Positions 9,878-19,622 of a DNA stretch of 64,000 nt are shown here, piece after piece (positions within the stretch are counted from its first letter, which is position 1; the number at the start of each line of letters is the position of its first letter). The notes under the pieces were generated by a model. That model ran no database searches. It had not been told where the DNA came from and saw only the letters and a program-made list of their open reading frames with translations. A program made the translations under genes and the position numbers. The DNA lies in the IMG/VR virus record IMGVR_UViG_3300009506_000122, positions 3,202 to 67,201 of that record; one strand, 5' to 3'. The DNA is from a virus.

Positions 9878-10396
9878 ATGAACAACGAAGACAACTATGA
9901 ATTTGAGGATGATTTATTCATTGACCTGAATCGACTTGAATGGGAAGCTGGTCGTCAAGCTAATCTGTTTGGTAAGTGGGCTAAACGCTGGGCTCATGCT
10001 ACCAAAAAAAGAGATAGGATCAATGAGCGAGTCAAAACAAAAAGAAGTGAACTTATCCTATACCTTCGTCAAAACTTCAAAGACGAAGGCTTTTCATCTG
10101 TACCTACCGGTCCACAAATCGAAGCATTTTATAGAGCGGATCAGGAATACAGGGTTTTAAAGCGAAAGGCTGTCGATGCTGAGTATGAGGTTAATATGCT
10201 CTGGATAGCTATGCGCTCGTTTGAGCATAAAAGATCAATGATTCAGGTTGAGGAAAAACTTTATGCTCAAGATTACTTTAGCACTCCCTATGAAGTCCGA
10301 GAGTTTAATGAAAAAGTCGAAAAAGAAATGGAAGATGCTCAGGACAACGCATTAGGGGATACTGATAGAATACCTAAAAAACTTGTAAGGAGGTAA
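9878..10396 (+). CDS. UvsY-like recombination mediator
   Basis: DLFIDLNRLEWEAGRQANLFGKW resembles the T4 UvsY N-terminus; helical; adjacent to SSB and RecA-like genes. Confidence 0.55.
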   Translation: MNNEDNYEFEDDLFIDLNRLEWEAGRQANLFGKWAKRWAHATKKRDRINERVKTKRSELILYLRQNFKDEGFSSVPTGPQIEAFYRADQEYRVLKRKAVDAEYEVNMLWIAMRSFEHKRSMIQVEEKLYAQDYFSTPYEVREFNEKVEKEMEDAQDNALGDTDRIPKKLVRR

Positions 10397-10401
10397 GTGT
10401 T

Positions 10402-11652
10402 ATGGGACTACCAAGACGCACCAAAGGATTTAGAGACAGAGCGGAAGAAGAAAAACAGTCCATGCAAAAAGATTATGAGGAGTCATACAATACTAAAGAT
10501 GATCGTGGTTTCGCTGTTGGTAGTTACTTCGATCTCGAATTAGTAAAGGAGTTAGGAGTACCAATATGGAGACCTGATATTGGTGACCACATCATAGATG
10601 TTATCCCCTTCTATGCTGGTTGTCAACATCCATCAAAAGAAGAAGGGCAACTTACCTATAAAGTTGAGTTTTGGGGACACTCACGAATTGGTCCTATGAA
10701 CGACTTTTTTGTTTGTAAGGCTAACACATGGAAACTGCCCGACCCCATCTGCACATGGATGAAGCAAAATTATATAGAGGATAAGAAGAAGTACAACGCT
10801 ATCAAGGCTTCAAGACGTTGCGCTTATCTTATCTGGTGCCATGACAATGAAGATCAAGAGAAACTCGGGATTCAGATTTTTGAGGTTAGTCACTATTTCT
10901 TTGAAAAAAAAGTCTCTGAAATATCTAAAAAACCTCGGGGTGGCGGTTTCGTTGACTGGTCACATTACGATACAGGTAGACATGTTTATTGGCAGATAAG
11001 CAAGAGTGGTTCATACGAAGATGCTACCGGAACAAAGCGTGACAGTATTGAATACGGTGGATTTCAGTTGCTACCGAGAGAGAATCCGAAGATACCGGAT
11101 CACATACTTGAACAATCGTTTGCTTTGGATGAAGTTTTAAAGATGCGACCCAGTGATGAGGAAGTTAGTACTGCGTTCTTTGGTACTGCTACTCCCCCAC
11201 CTGTAACAGAAAAACAAGAGACAAGTCGCCTACCTAAAAAGACTGCACTTGAAAGAGCAAGAGAAGCGGCAGAGCAAGAAGCTGAGGGTCCTTCTGATGA
11301 AGATGCCCCCTTCGAAGACTCCCCAAGTCAATCAACACCTTCGGTTGTAAGTGGTACTGAGGAATCACCGGAAATACCACCAGAACCAGAAGACGATGAA
11401 CCACCTCCCGAAGAACCAAAATCGTCAACACGAAAACCAGTTTCTGCGTCTGCTCAAACTGATTATGTTTGTCCCGCATCAGAAGTTGGTGGGGAATTTG
11501 GTGTCACCATCGAACAACTGGATGAATGTGATGATTGTGAAATTTGGGAAGCATGTTCTGACCAGAGTGACTTGTTGAAAACTGGTGGAAGTAAGACAAC
11601 TAAAACAGAAACAGAAGCTCCCAAAAAGGGTGGAAAGTTGGTGCGTAGATAA
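10402..11652 (+). CDS. gp32-like single-stranded DNA-binding protein with acidic linker and Cys-rich C-terminal motif
   Basis: Position between UvsY and RecA-like genes; H/C residues in the core, acidic Pro-rich region, CP...ECDDCEIWEAC. Confidence 0.55.
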   Translation: MGLPRRTKGFRDRAEEEKQSMQKDYEESYNTKDDRGFAVGSYFDLELVKELGVPIWRPDIGDHIIDVIPFYAGCQHPSKEEGQLTYKVEFWGHSRIGPMNDFFVCKANTWKLPDPICTWMKQNYIEDKKKYNAIKASRRCAYLIWCHDNEDQEKLGIQIFEVSHYFFEKKVSEISKKPRGGGFVDWSHYDTGRHVYWQISKSGSYEDATGTKRDSIEYGGFQLLPRENPKIPDHILEQSFALDEVLKMRPSDEEVSTAFFGTATPPPVTEKQETSRLPKKTALERAREAAEQEAEGPSDEDAPFEDSPSQSTPSVVSGTEESPEIPPEPEDDEPPPEEPKSSTRKPVSASAQTDYVCPASEVGGEFGVTIEQLDECDDCEIWEACSDQSDLLKTGGSKTTKTETEAPKKGGKLVRR

Positions 11653-12791
11653 TGGGTAAACTAATTAAAAGAAGTAGTCCCAGAGAGGAAGAGTCATACG
11701 GAGATCAAATCTCTGGGACTATCGAAAAAGACGTTGAGGACCTTGAAGACTCTGAGGTTCTTTATTCAAACGCTACCGAGGATTTATTACCTACCGGCTC
11801 CACCCTGTTAAATTGTGCGTGTAGTGATAATCCTCTTGGTGGCTTCGCCCTTGGGACTGTCGTCATTGGTATTGGCGACAGTTCCTCGGGTAAGTCATTT
11901 CTGATGTTAACCGCACTTGCTGAGGCATGCGCTCAACCCCGCTTCGATGATTACGATATGTACTATGACGATGCGGAAGCGGCTTTTAGTTTTGATGCTA
12001 ACAAATTGTTTGGAAATGGTTTTATCTATGACGAAAAAACAAATAAAGGACGTGTTTATATGGTTGCAAGCGATACCGTTCAAGAGTTTTATGGAAGAAT
12101 GGTTCAAGCATTAGAAAACAAACGTCCTTTTATTTATGTTCTTGACAGTTATGATTTTCTGACTGAGGAAGAGGAGAAAGCACGTTCGGAAGTAACTCGT
12201 AAGAAAACATACGGGGAGAAGCTGACTAAAAAAGAACAGACAAGTAAGGGTGGATATAAAACTGAAAAAGTAAGAGTATTCGCCGAAGTCTTTAGACGTT
12301 GCAGACGGGAATTAAGGAACACAAAATCTTTGTTCATAGTTATCTTCCAAACAATCGATGCAATCAACGCTCAATTCGTATCTAAAACTCGTAGAGGAGG
12401 TAATGCTCCTAAGTTCGCCGCTTCTCACGAGTTGTGGCTAAGAGTTATTGACAGCTACGCAGATAAAGGTCTTGAGATTGGTATTGATTCTGGAGTTAAA
12501 GTAAAGAAAAACAAAATAACAGGAAAGGTTAGAGAAGTATCTTTTCCAATCTACTATGACTATGGTATAGACGATATTCGATCCTGTGTGGAATTTCTCG
12601 TTGAGCAAGGGTACTGGTCTCTTGATAAACGCACCATAGATTGTAGGCATTTAAACTTCAAAGGTACTATTGATAAAGTGATCGAGCATATTGAAAAAAA
12701 TTCACTTGAAGGCGAACTGAGACGCCATACAGGGATATGTTGGGTAAAAAGAGAAGACTCGGTAAAGATTAACAGAAAAAGGCGCTTCTAA
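11652..12791 (+). CDS. RecA/UvsX-like recombinase
   Basis: LPTGSTLLN, Walker A GDSSSGKS, DAE, VLDS, GGNAPKFAAS, VKKNKI. Confidence 0.85.
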   Translation: MGKLIKRSSPREEESYGDQISGTIEKDVEDLEDSEVLYSNATEDLLPTGSTLLNCACSDNPLGGFALGTVVIGIGDSSSGKSFLMLTALAEACAQPRFDDYDMYYDDAEAAFSFDANKLFGNGFIYDEKTNKGRVYMVASDTVQEFYGRMVQALENKRPFIYVLDSYDFLTEEEEKARSEVTRKKTYGEKLTKKEQTSKGGYKTEKVRVFAEVFRRCRRELRNTKSLFIVIFQTIDAINAQFVSKTRRGGNAPKFAASHELWLRVIDSYADKGLEIGIDSGVKVKKNKITGKVREVSFPIYYDYGIDDIRSCVEFLVEQGYWSLDKRTIDCRHLNFKGTIDKVIEHIEKNSLEGELRRHTGICWVKREDSVKINRKRRF

Positions 12792-12922
12792 TGGTTAATA
12801 AAATTAAGTTGTTAATTCGAAAATGGAAGTTAAAAAGAGGATGGAAGAAGTATATCAAGACACAAGACCCTGAGGAAATTCTAAAAGTGGTACATAAATA
12901 TCCGGAAGTTTTCAAAAAATGA
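12791..12922 (+). CDS. small basic hypothetical protein (43 aa, not in ORF track)
   Basis: Translationally coupled at both ends (TAATG and ATGA overlaps). Confidence 0.5.
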   Translation: MVNKIKLLIRKWKLKRGWKKYIKTQDPEEILKVVHKYPEVFKK

Positions 12923-13800
12923 AATTAATTGTTGATTGTCCATACGTCTGTCACAAAGTAAGACACGGAATGAAGGGTGTTGATTTATCATCTGACTCCC
13001 TGCATGTCGAGGTTATCTTTGGCTTTTTGAAACAGTTGCTTATGATCTGCAAGAGGTTTCAAAATGTGGACGATTATATCTTTTGTTGGGACAGTCGTAA
13101 ATCGCTGAGACGCAAGGACTACCCTGAGTACAAAGCGAATCGCAGAGACCGAGAGAGAACACCAGAGGAGAAAGAGTTTGACAGATCAACTTTAAATCAG
13201 TTTCAGGAAATAAGACGCTATGTACTCCCGGGTATGGGGTTCGTAAACAATTTTATACAGACGGGAATCGAGAGTGACGATATAATAGCCTCAGTCATTA
13301 AGTTTAATCCTGATAATGAGTACTTGCTTATCACTTCCGACGCTGACATGTACCAACTTCTTGGATATAATCTAAAAATATACAGTCTGCATACTCGACA
13401 GATTATGGACGCTGAAAAATTCAAAGACAAGTATGGAATCAAACCAAATCAATGGATAGCGGCTAAAGCTATTGGTGGTTGTACTACTGATAATGTCTCA
13501 GGAATTAGGGGTGTCTCAGACCCAGCACACAGCGAAAAATCACTTGCTCTCCAATATCTAAGGGGAGAATTGACTAAAGGTAAGATTTATAAACGTATTC
13601 AATCAGAATATGGACAAGAGATCATTCAACGGAATATGAAATTAATCGCTCTACCGTACTGGAAAACTCAAAAGTTTGAAATCAATAGAAAGTCTCTTTG
13701 GCGCAAAGATTTTAGAAACACTTTCGAGTCCTATGAATTTTATTCTTTTCTGAAGGAAGACGAATTTAGAGTATGGACAAACATAATGAATCTAAATTAA
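12919..13800 (+). CDS. 5'-3' exonuclease / flap endonuclease (T4 RNase H-like)
   Basis: LIVD, WDS, RRKDYPEYKANR, ESDDIIA, TSDADMYQL, DNVSGIRGV (H3TH). Confidence 0.88.
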   Translation: MKLIVDCPYVCHKVRHGMKGVDLSSDSLHVEVIFGFLKQLLMICKRFQNVDDYIFCWDSRKSLRRKDYPEYKANRRDRERTPEEKEFDRSTLNQFQEIRRYVLPGMGFVNNFIQTGIESDDIIASVIKFNPDNEYLLITSDADMYQLLGYNLKIYSLHTRQIMDAEKFKDKYGIKPNQWIAAKAIGGCTTDNVSGIRGVSDPAHSEKSLALQYLRGELTKGKIYKRIQSEYGQEIIQRNMKLIALPYWKTQKFEINRKSLWRKDFRNTFESYEFYSFLKEDEFRVWTNIMNLN

Positions 13801-13809
13801 GGGGATATC

Positions 13810-14316
13810 GTGAAAGTACTGAGCTTAGATTTAGCTACACAAACAGGTTGGGCAAGCTACGACAACGGAAACGTAGACTTAGGCACCGCAGACTTCAGCT
13901 TGAAGCGTGGCGAGTCGCCCGGAATGCGCTTCTTGAGATGCAGAAGTTGGTTAAGGGAAATGAAAAAACTCTTAGGCCCCATCGATCTGATAGTCTACGA
14001 ACAGCCCCATCAAAGAGGCGGTCATCCGACACAAGTAGCAATGGGTCTTGTCGCAGAAGTGCTGTCTTTCGCGGCAAGAGCAAATATAGAAACCACTTCT
14101 TACCACGCAACCAACTTAAAAAAGTGGTCTACCGGAAAAGGGAATGCGAAGAAAGAAGAAATGATAAAGGAAGCTGAAAAGCGTGGATATACAGTTGCTA
14201 ACGATGATGAGGCAGATGCAGTATTGATGTTGGAGAGAGCGTTAGATGATCTCCATATCAAAAAAAGCGACACAGCAAGGTCAACTACAAAATCCAAACT
14301 TGTAAGGAGGACTTAA
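13810..14316 (+). CDS. RuvC-like Holliday junction resolvase
   Basis: VLSLDLATQTGWA, IVYEQ, LKKWSTGKGNAKKEEM, DEADA. Confidence 0.8.
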   Translation: MKVLSLDLATQTGWASYDNGNVDLGTADFSLKRGESPGMRFLRCRSWLREMKKLLGPIDLIVYEQPHQRGGHPTQVAMGLVAEVLSFAARANIETTSYHATNLKKWSTGKGNAKKEEMIKEAEKRGYTVANDDEADAVLMLERALDDLHIKKSDTARSTTKSKLVRRT

Positions 14317-14318
14317 AA

Positions 14319-14498
14319 ATGGAATCTGTAAGTGATCTTGTTAAAGCGATCAAGGACATTGTTGAGGGTGCCGAGAAAGACGCTGAAAAATGCGACAAAG
14401 GTAATCGTCAGGCTGGTATTCGTGTTAGAAAAGCCATGCTTGATATTATTAATCTTGGCAAAGACACTCGTAAAAGGGTGATCGATAACCGAAGCTAA
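14319..14498 (+). CDS. Hc1-like (histone H1-like) small protein, 59 aa, not in ORF track
   Basis: Translation includes AEKDAEKCDKGNRQAGIRVRKAM, matching the Hc1 pattern KGNKAAxxRxRK; RBS AAGGAGG. Confidence 0.65.
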   Translation: MESVSDLVKAIKDIVEGAEKDAEKCDKGNRQAGIRVRKAMLDIINLGKDTRKRVIDNRS

Positions 14499-14514
14499 TT
14501 CCGAGATCGAGATT

Positions 14515-14677
14515 TGGGGGTCTTGACTGGAAAGGTCTTAACTGCTTGGTAATTGTCTTACAATTAGGGTAGTCACGCAACTTAGCAACCCAAGGGGTCG
14601 TGACTATGCCGATAAGTTACGTTAGTCGTAATTTCTTTTTGTAGTGCAGGATGACAGGTTGCAAGCAGAGACCCCCA
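14515..14677 (+). ncRNA. candidate structured RNA (multibranch)
   Basis: Nested complementary segments TGGGGGTCT/AGACCCCCA, CTGCTTG/CAAGCAG and TAGTCACG/CGTGACTA, plus small hairpins, in an intergenic gap. Confidence 0.4.
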
Positions 14678-14697
14678 CAATCACCAAGGAGGTGAAC

Positions 14698-15015
14698 GTG
14701 AAAAAAATACCAACCAAGATTAGAGTCACCATGACCTATGATCGAACAATGAACGCTGATAGATTTTGGGATTGGGTAGACCTCACCATGTTTCAAATCA
14801 ATCAAGGTAGACAAAAACGAATGGTCGAACTTGGTCAACTCACTTATGAACCAGTGACTCGGGACTGTTTTCTGAATCTTATCAAAGAAGGTCACTTAAA
14901 ACTGCATGACGATTTAGGTCACTTTGGCTATCTTGATACCGTATTCACTTATGCAGTATTAGAGGAGAGGGACGAAGATGAAAGAGATCGAATTATTAAA
15001 CTTCCAGAGTCATAA
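14698..15015 (+). CDS. hypothetical protein
   Basis: GTG start after AAGGAGGTG. Confidence 0.55.
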   Translation: MKKIPTKIRVTMTYDRTMNADRFWDWVDLTMFQINQGRQKRMVELGQLTYEPVTRDCFLNLIKEGHLKLHDDLGHFGYLDTVFTYAVLEERDEDERDRIIKLPES

Positions 15016-16096
15016 ACACTCTTATCTGGAATTTCATCCACGTTTTAATATAATTCGTGGGACATCACATCATGGTAAATCCTCTATAATCAGAGCAATT
15101 CAGTGGGCTCTTACCAACACGCCACTGGGCGCAAAGTTTCGTAATTGGAGCGTATCTGGGAAAGATGGAGTCGAAGCTCATCTGTCTTTTGATTTCGGTT
15201 CTATTTCGAGGGTTCACAACTCAGGGTTCAACGGTTATATAACGAGAGAAGAGGACGTCTCAGGAGGCTACTCACACGAGAATGAATTTGAAGCTCTCCG
15301 TGGTGATGTGCCCCATGAGGTTCGAATGATCTCAGTCATGGATGAAACTAACATCTGGGGACAAGATGATGGGTATTTTCTGATTAAAGATACTCCGGGT
15401 AATGTCGCTCGAAAGCTGAACGAAAGAGCTGGTTTAGAAGACATAGATAGGGTAGCCAAAATATCTAAAGGTCTTATATCTGATTACGAAAACAAACTGA
15501 CCTTTGCTGATGAGGGACTAACAAGGGCTAAAGATAGACGCACATATCTATATGGCATAGCGAAACATAAAGAAGCTATTGAGGCCATCGATTCTTTGTT
15601 TAAAGAGTATGACTCCATACTCAGAAAACAAAAAGACCTCGAAGACAGAATAGAAACTATTACCGAAATTCAATCGGCAATCGATAAACGCAAACGGTTT
15701 CTTGCTTCAAAAGCAGACGTTGAGGAGATAGACAAACTTCTTGATAGACGTTTAAGATTAGCCGAAAAACATACTCGATTAAGATTATCTATCGAAAACA
15801 TTGGTGAGATTACTACCTATATGGAAGAACTCAACAATGAGTTACAGTCCGAACCAGTAGTCAAAGAACTCCTAACACTCTTTGAAAAAAGGTTTGAGTT
15901 GCAAAAGCAAGCATTGGCAATAAGTAATATCTGGGACAAGATCGTTGTTATTGAAAAGGATATTCATGTTAAAGAGAATGAGATTGAGGTTATTAATATA
16001 CATATAAAAGAACTAATGGAAAAGTATGAGGATGTTGCAGAATGTCCTACATGTGGGGCAATACGCTGTCATTGGGGACATGAAATAATAGAATAA
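14978..16096 (+). CDS. SbcC/Rad50-like ATPase, N-terminal half
   Basis: NFQSH, Walker A GTSHHGKSS, coiled coil, zinc-hook CPTCG; no signature motif or Walker B. Confidence 0.8.
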   Translation: MKEIELLNFQSHKHSYLEFHPRFNIIRGTSHHGKSSIIRAIQWALTNTPLGAKFRNWSVSGKDGVEAHLSFDFGSISRVHNSGFNGYITREEDVSGGYSHENEFEALRGDVPHEVRMISVMDETNIWGQDDGYFLIKDTPGNVARKLNERAGLEDIDRVAKISKGLISDYENKLTFADEGLTRAKDRRTYLYGIAKHKEAIEAIDSLFKEYDSILRKQKDLEDRIETITEIQSAIDKRKRFLASKADVEEIDKLLDRRLRLAEKHTRLRLSIENIGEITTYMEELNNELQSEPVVKELLTLFEKRFELQKQALAISNIWDKIVVIEKDIHVKENEIEVINIHIKELMEKYEDVAECPTCGAIRCHWGHEIIE

Positions 16097-16107
16097 AGGA
16101 AATTAAA

Positions 16108-16281
16108 ATGAATCCAGCATTATTAATGTTAAAAGGGTACATTAGCGAATTTTCAGAGGAAGATCAAAGAGATATTAAGAATCTCGGCGATCAGATTTTG
16201 AAACTGGTTCACGATAATGGAGATAAAGGAGCACTCGCTCTCGCTTATGCTGGACTTGTAGTGCAAGGAGAAGAAGAATGA
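16108..16281 (+). CDS. small hypothetical protein (57 aa)
   Basis: AAGGA RBS; ATGA overlap with the next gene. Confidence 0.5.
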   Translation: MNPALLMLKGYISEFSEEDQRDIKNLGDQILKLVHDNGDKGALALAYAGLVVQGEEE

Positions 16282-17243
16282 AATTCTTAGTAACGGGTGA
16301 CTGGCATATTGATAAAGACAAGATCAAGACCCGAAAAGACAATGTTTTGGCTGCTTGTGCTGATAAGTTAGGACAGATATTTCAGATAGCAAAAAGCAAT
16401 AATTGTAAAGCTATCCTACAGCCAGGTGATTTCTTCGAGTCTCACAAAGCAAATGATTTCCTAAAACAGTTTGTTATCAATTTTCTAAAAAGTGACATGG
16501 CTCATATTCCAATCTATACTGTTTTTGGACAACATGATCTAAGATACCACAGCTCGGATATAGACAATACACCATTAAAAGTCTTACATTCAGCGGGAGT
16601 AGTCAGTCTATTGGGTGAAAAACCTCTAATTTATCCACAAGATCGTATCTATATTTATGGAGCTTCATGGTATGAAGAAATACCAGAGATGATCGAAAAA
16701 CTTGAAGGAACTAATATACTTGTCCTTCACAAAATGATCGTAGACGAAAAGATATGGGAAGGTCAAGAAGATCATACTTTCGGCAAGATACTACTTATGA
16801 AAAACAAGTACGACCTGATAGTTTCAGGCGACAATCACAAACATTTTATCATGCACAGTGGAACATCTGGCACAGTAGGTAAAAGATTCTTGATAAATTG
16901 TGGCTCTATGCTTAGAACTCGAATAGATCAAAAAGACCACAAGCCGTGCGTCTATATCTACAATACTAATCCTAAAACTAATGAACCCATTATTGAACAA
17001 GTCTACTTGGTAGTGGATGACTTCGAGAACGTCATAAAGATTGAGGAAGCAACTCGCATAAAAGCAGAGAACGAAAAGCTGAATCAGTTCGTGGACGCTT
17101 TAACAGTGGACACTCACTTGACAGGGATTAATTATAAACGCAACGTTTACGACTTTACACAAGAGAACAAAAAGACCATCGATAAGTCAACAAAAAGGTT
17201 TATTGATCTCGTCTTTGAAAAGTTAGGAGAGCAAAGTACTTAA
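16278..17243 (+). CDS. SbcD/Mre11-like metallophosphoesterase nuclease
   Basis: GDWH, PGDFF, GQHD, SGDNH, NCGS. Confidence 0.85.
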   Translation: MKFLVTGDWHIDKDKIKTRKDNVLAACADKLGQIFQIAKSNNCKAILQPGDFFESHKANDFLKQFVINFLKSDMAHIPIYTVFGQHDLRYHSSDIDNTPLKVLHSAGVVSLLGEKPLIYPQDRIYIYGASWYEEIPEMIEKLEGTNILVLHKMIVDEKIWEGQEDHTFGKILLMKNKYDLIVSGDNHKHFIMHSGTSGTVGKRFLINCGSMLRTRIDQKDHKPCVYIYNTNPKTNEPIIEQVYLVVDDFENVIKIEEATRIKAENEKLNQFVDALTVDTHLTGINYKRNVYDFTQENKKTIDKSTKRFIDLVFEKLGEQST

Positions 17244-17269
17244 AATACTTAGAAAGGAGGTGAATCACC

Positions 17270-17524
17270 ATGAACGAAATAACCAAGATAATCGGTGAAG
17301 TAAAGAATCTTAAAAAAGCTCAGGAAGAAGCTAATCTCGAACTTAGCAAGTTTAGTGGACAGCTTGAACAAGAAATGAAGCGGCTCGAATCAGACTTTGG
17401 TTTAAAGAAAACATCAGAGGCTGAGGCTGAGTTAGAAAAACTAAAAACCAAACTTTCTAAGATCGACAGCTTGATCGTGGAAAAGTACAGAAAACTAAAG
17501 GATAACTACGATGTCTCTCCGTGA
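17270..17524 (+). CDS. small coiled-coil protein of the Rad50/Mre11 cluster
   Basis: Heptad-rich sequence; strong RBS. Confidence 0.6.
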   Translation: MNEITKIIGEVKNLKKAQEEANLELSKFSGQLEQEMKRLESDFGLKKTSEAEAELEKLKTKLSKIDSLIVEKYRKLKDNYDVSP

Positions 17525-18128
17525 CGAATTTTATGGTTTGTTAGTACCTGACTTCAACGACAAGATGTCGGAACTCAAACAAGTTGAGAAAACAATCAAG
17601 GAGCTGAAACAGAATATACTTGAGTGGCGAGAGATGGTTGAAGCAGGCAAAAAAGCCCAAATCATATTTCAGAGGATAGCGAAAGAGACCCAAAAGAATC
17701 TCGAAGAACACATATCGAACCTCGTTACTCTTGCGCTGAAAGCTGTGTCCCCTGACTTTCCCAATTTCATAGCTGAAATGACAATTAGAAGGAATCAGCT
17801 TGAATGTGATTTATGGTTTGAAAAGTTTGGTAACAAAACACCTCCACTATTCAGCTCCGGTGGTGGTCCTAAAGATGTTGCTTCCTTCGCTCTGCTTGTA
17901 AGTTACTGGGCTATGGGAAGCAATCGTGCGTGTCTCGTGTTAGATGAACCATTCAGAAACGTGAGTCCTGATCTTCAAGGAAATATTGGTGACATGCTTA
18001 GGATGATATGTGACAAATTAAAATTGCAGTTGATTATGGTTTCACACGCTGATACAGTAAACGAAAGTGCAGACAGACAATTCCTTGTGGAACTTGAGGG
18101 TGACGAAAGCAAGGTGTCAACAGAATGA
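17511..18128 (+). CDS. SbcC/Rad50-like ATPase, C-terminal half
   Basis: Coiled coil, signature SSGGG, Walker B/D-loop LVLDEPF, H-loop MVSH. Confidence 0.8.
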   Translation: MSLRDEFYGLLVPDFNDKMSELKQVEKTIKELKQNILEWREMVEAGKKAQIIFQRIAKETQKNLEEHISNLVTLALKAVSPDFPNFIAEMTIRRNQLECDLWFEKFGNKTPPLFSSGGGPKDVASFALLVSYWAMGSNRACLVLDEPFRNVSPDLQGNIGDMLRMICDKLKLQLIMVSHADTVNESADRQFLVELEGDESKVSTE

Positions 18129-18748
18129 AAAGGATAGATTATTGCAAGATAATTGAATCAGGAAAAATACCTGACAGAACCGAAAAAGCAAGACTTATTC
18201 TTGGAAAATACGGTCTGATAGGAGATTACAGATCGTCCTTTTTCTCAGAACTCCTTCATAATACGATTCGTGACAAGATTAGAGGAGTAGAAATAGGAGT
18301 AGATCATGGTAGATTTCTATTCCCATTAGCTAATAGACTCGGTACTAAACTTGATATTATGTACGGAGTAGACCCCTACTTTCCCTTCCCATCATTTAGA
18401 CCCCATTGGAATAAAATTTATTGGGATAACTTATATTATGGGGTTCTTCAAACAGCAAATCTGGTCGGTGAGAATGTTATCATAGTGAGAATGACCTCAG
18501 AAGATGCCGCTTGTATTCTTCCTGATGATTTCAATTTTGTTTATATTGATGCAAAGCACGATTATTACGGCGTTCTAACAGACATCAGTTTGTGGGAAGA
18601 AAAGATGGTTCATGGTGGAATTATTTCTGGTCACGATTACATATCAAAAGAAAGATACAAAGATGTGGGAATAGCAGTTAGACACTACGCTGAACACATG
18701 GGCAGAGAATTACAAACATACAAAGGTAATTGGTATTGGGAAGTGTGA
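18125..18748 (+). CDS. class I SAM-dependent methyltransferase (Methyltransf_24-like)
   Basis: GVEIGVDHG, GVDPY, FVYIDAKHDY, GGIISGHDY. Confidence 0.8.
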   Translation: MKRIDYCKIIESGKIPDRTEKARLILGKYGLIGDYRSSFFSELLHNTIRDKIRGVEIGVDHGRFLFPLANRLGTKLDIMYGVDPYFPFPSFRPHWNKIYWDNLYYGVLQTANLVGENVIIVRMTSEDAACILPDDFNFVYIDAKHDYYGVLTDISLWEEKMVHGGIISGHDYISKERYKDVGIAVRHYAEHMGRELQTYKGNWYWEV

Positions 18749-19302
18749 TGAAAAAGACAATCCTTGAAGAACTCGAATTTGATCCTGAAAACATTTGGTA
18801 CATAAACACACCTGATGGTCGAGCAGACAATAACGGGTACGCAGCCCCATTTCCTATATGGTGGAAGACACACGATCTCAATGGTTGGGGCTATCTTATC
18901 GGTGAACAACATCCACAAGGTCAATGGATTAATAAAAAACTTCAAAAATGGTATGAGGTTAAGTATGCTCATTCCGTTGATTTAAACAACGCAGATATAG
19001 TGCTTGATATATCGAAGGACATGTTACCTGAACCACTTGATTTCATATTTTGTATGGCTGTACTCGAACACCTTTACGATCCACTTGCCGCTATTCGCAA
19101 CATGTCAAAAGGTCTTACAGCAGGGGGTCTTCTCTCTATATCAGTTCCAGCAAATGGATTTAAACAGCATAGACGACCAATAGACTGTTACCGATTTATG
19201 GAGGACGCTATGTATGCGTTCGCTAAAGTTGGCAACATCATGTTACTTGACTACACATCATGTCAAAAAGAATGGTGTGCTATATACAGGAAATTAAAGT
19301 AA
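18748..19302 (+). CDS. methyltransferase-like protein (type 11-like)
   Basis: DFIFCMAVLEHLYDP, GGLLSISVP, PIDCYRF. Confidence 0.65.
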   Translation: MKKTILEELEFDPENIWYINTPDGRADNNGYAAPFPIWWKTHDLNGWGYLIGEQHPQGQWINKKLQKWYEVKYAHSVDLNNADIVLDISKDMLPEPLDFIFCMAVLEHLYDPLAAIRNMSKGLTAGGLLSISVPANGFKQHRRPIDCYRFMEDAMYAFAKVGNIMLLDYTSCQKEWCAIYRKLK

Positions 19303-19556
19303 TGGAAATAATTCAATACATTTGCCAAATGATTCTTTACATGATTATTGTTGTGTGCGTGGCAGAGATCATTTGTTACAAGATTAAATACGCACATAAG
19401 GGTGAGCCCAAACAAATAAGAGTTATAATGAAGCAGGAAGATGGGGATCCAATACTTTTTGGATTAAAGGTGCAACATGAAGGACGGCAACGCAACGAGA
19501 CTGGGGTTCATGATGGTTGGGTATTCGATGGGTCTATGGGCGAAAAAAGACGTTGA
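19302..19556 (+). CDS. hypothetical membrane protein
   Basis: TAATG coupling; N-terminal hydrophobic segment. Confidence 0.45.
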   Translation: MEIIQYICQMILYMIIVVCVAEIICYKIKYAHKGEPKQIRVIMKQEDGDPILFGLKVQHEGRQRNETGVHDGWVFDGSMGEKRR

Positions 19557-19622
19557 TCGTTGGATACCGTGGTTCTTCTTTATCTTTGGTTTAATTCTAA
19601 TATTTGCGGAGGCGCTTGAATC

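Noticed and set aside
13773-14177. 134-aa Arg-rich overlapping ORF
   Set aside because: Alternative frame of the RuvC-like gene, which has clear catalytic motifs.
14515-14680. tRNA, tmRNA or cobalamin riboswitch call
   Set aside because: No T-loop, no true CCA end and no full riboswitch consensus; kept only as an unclassified structured RNA candidate.
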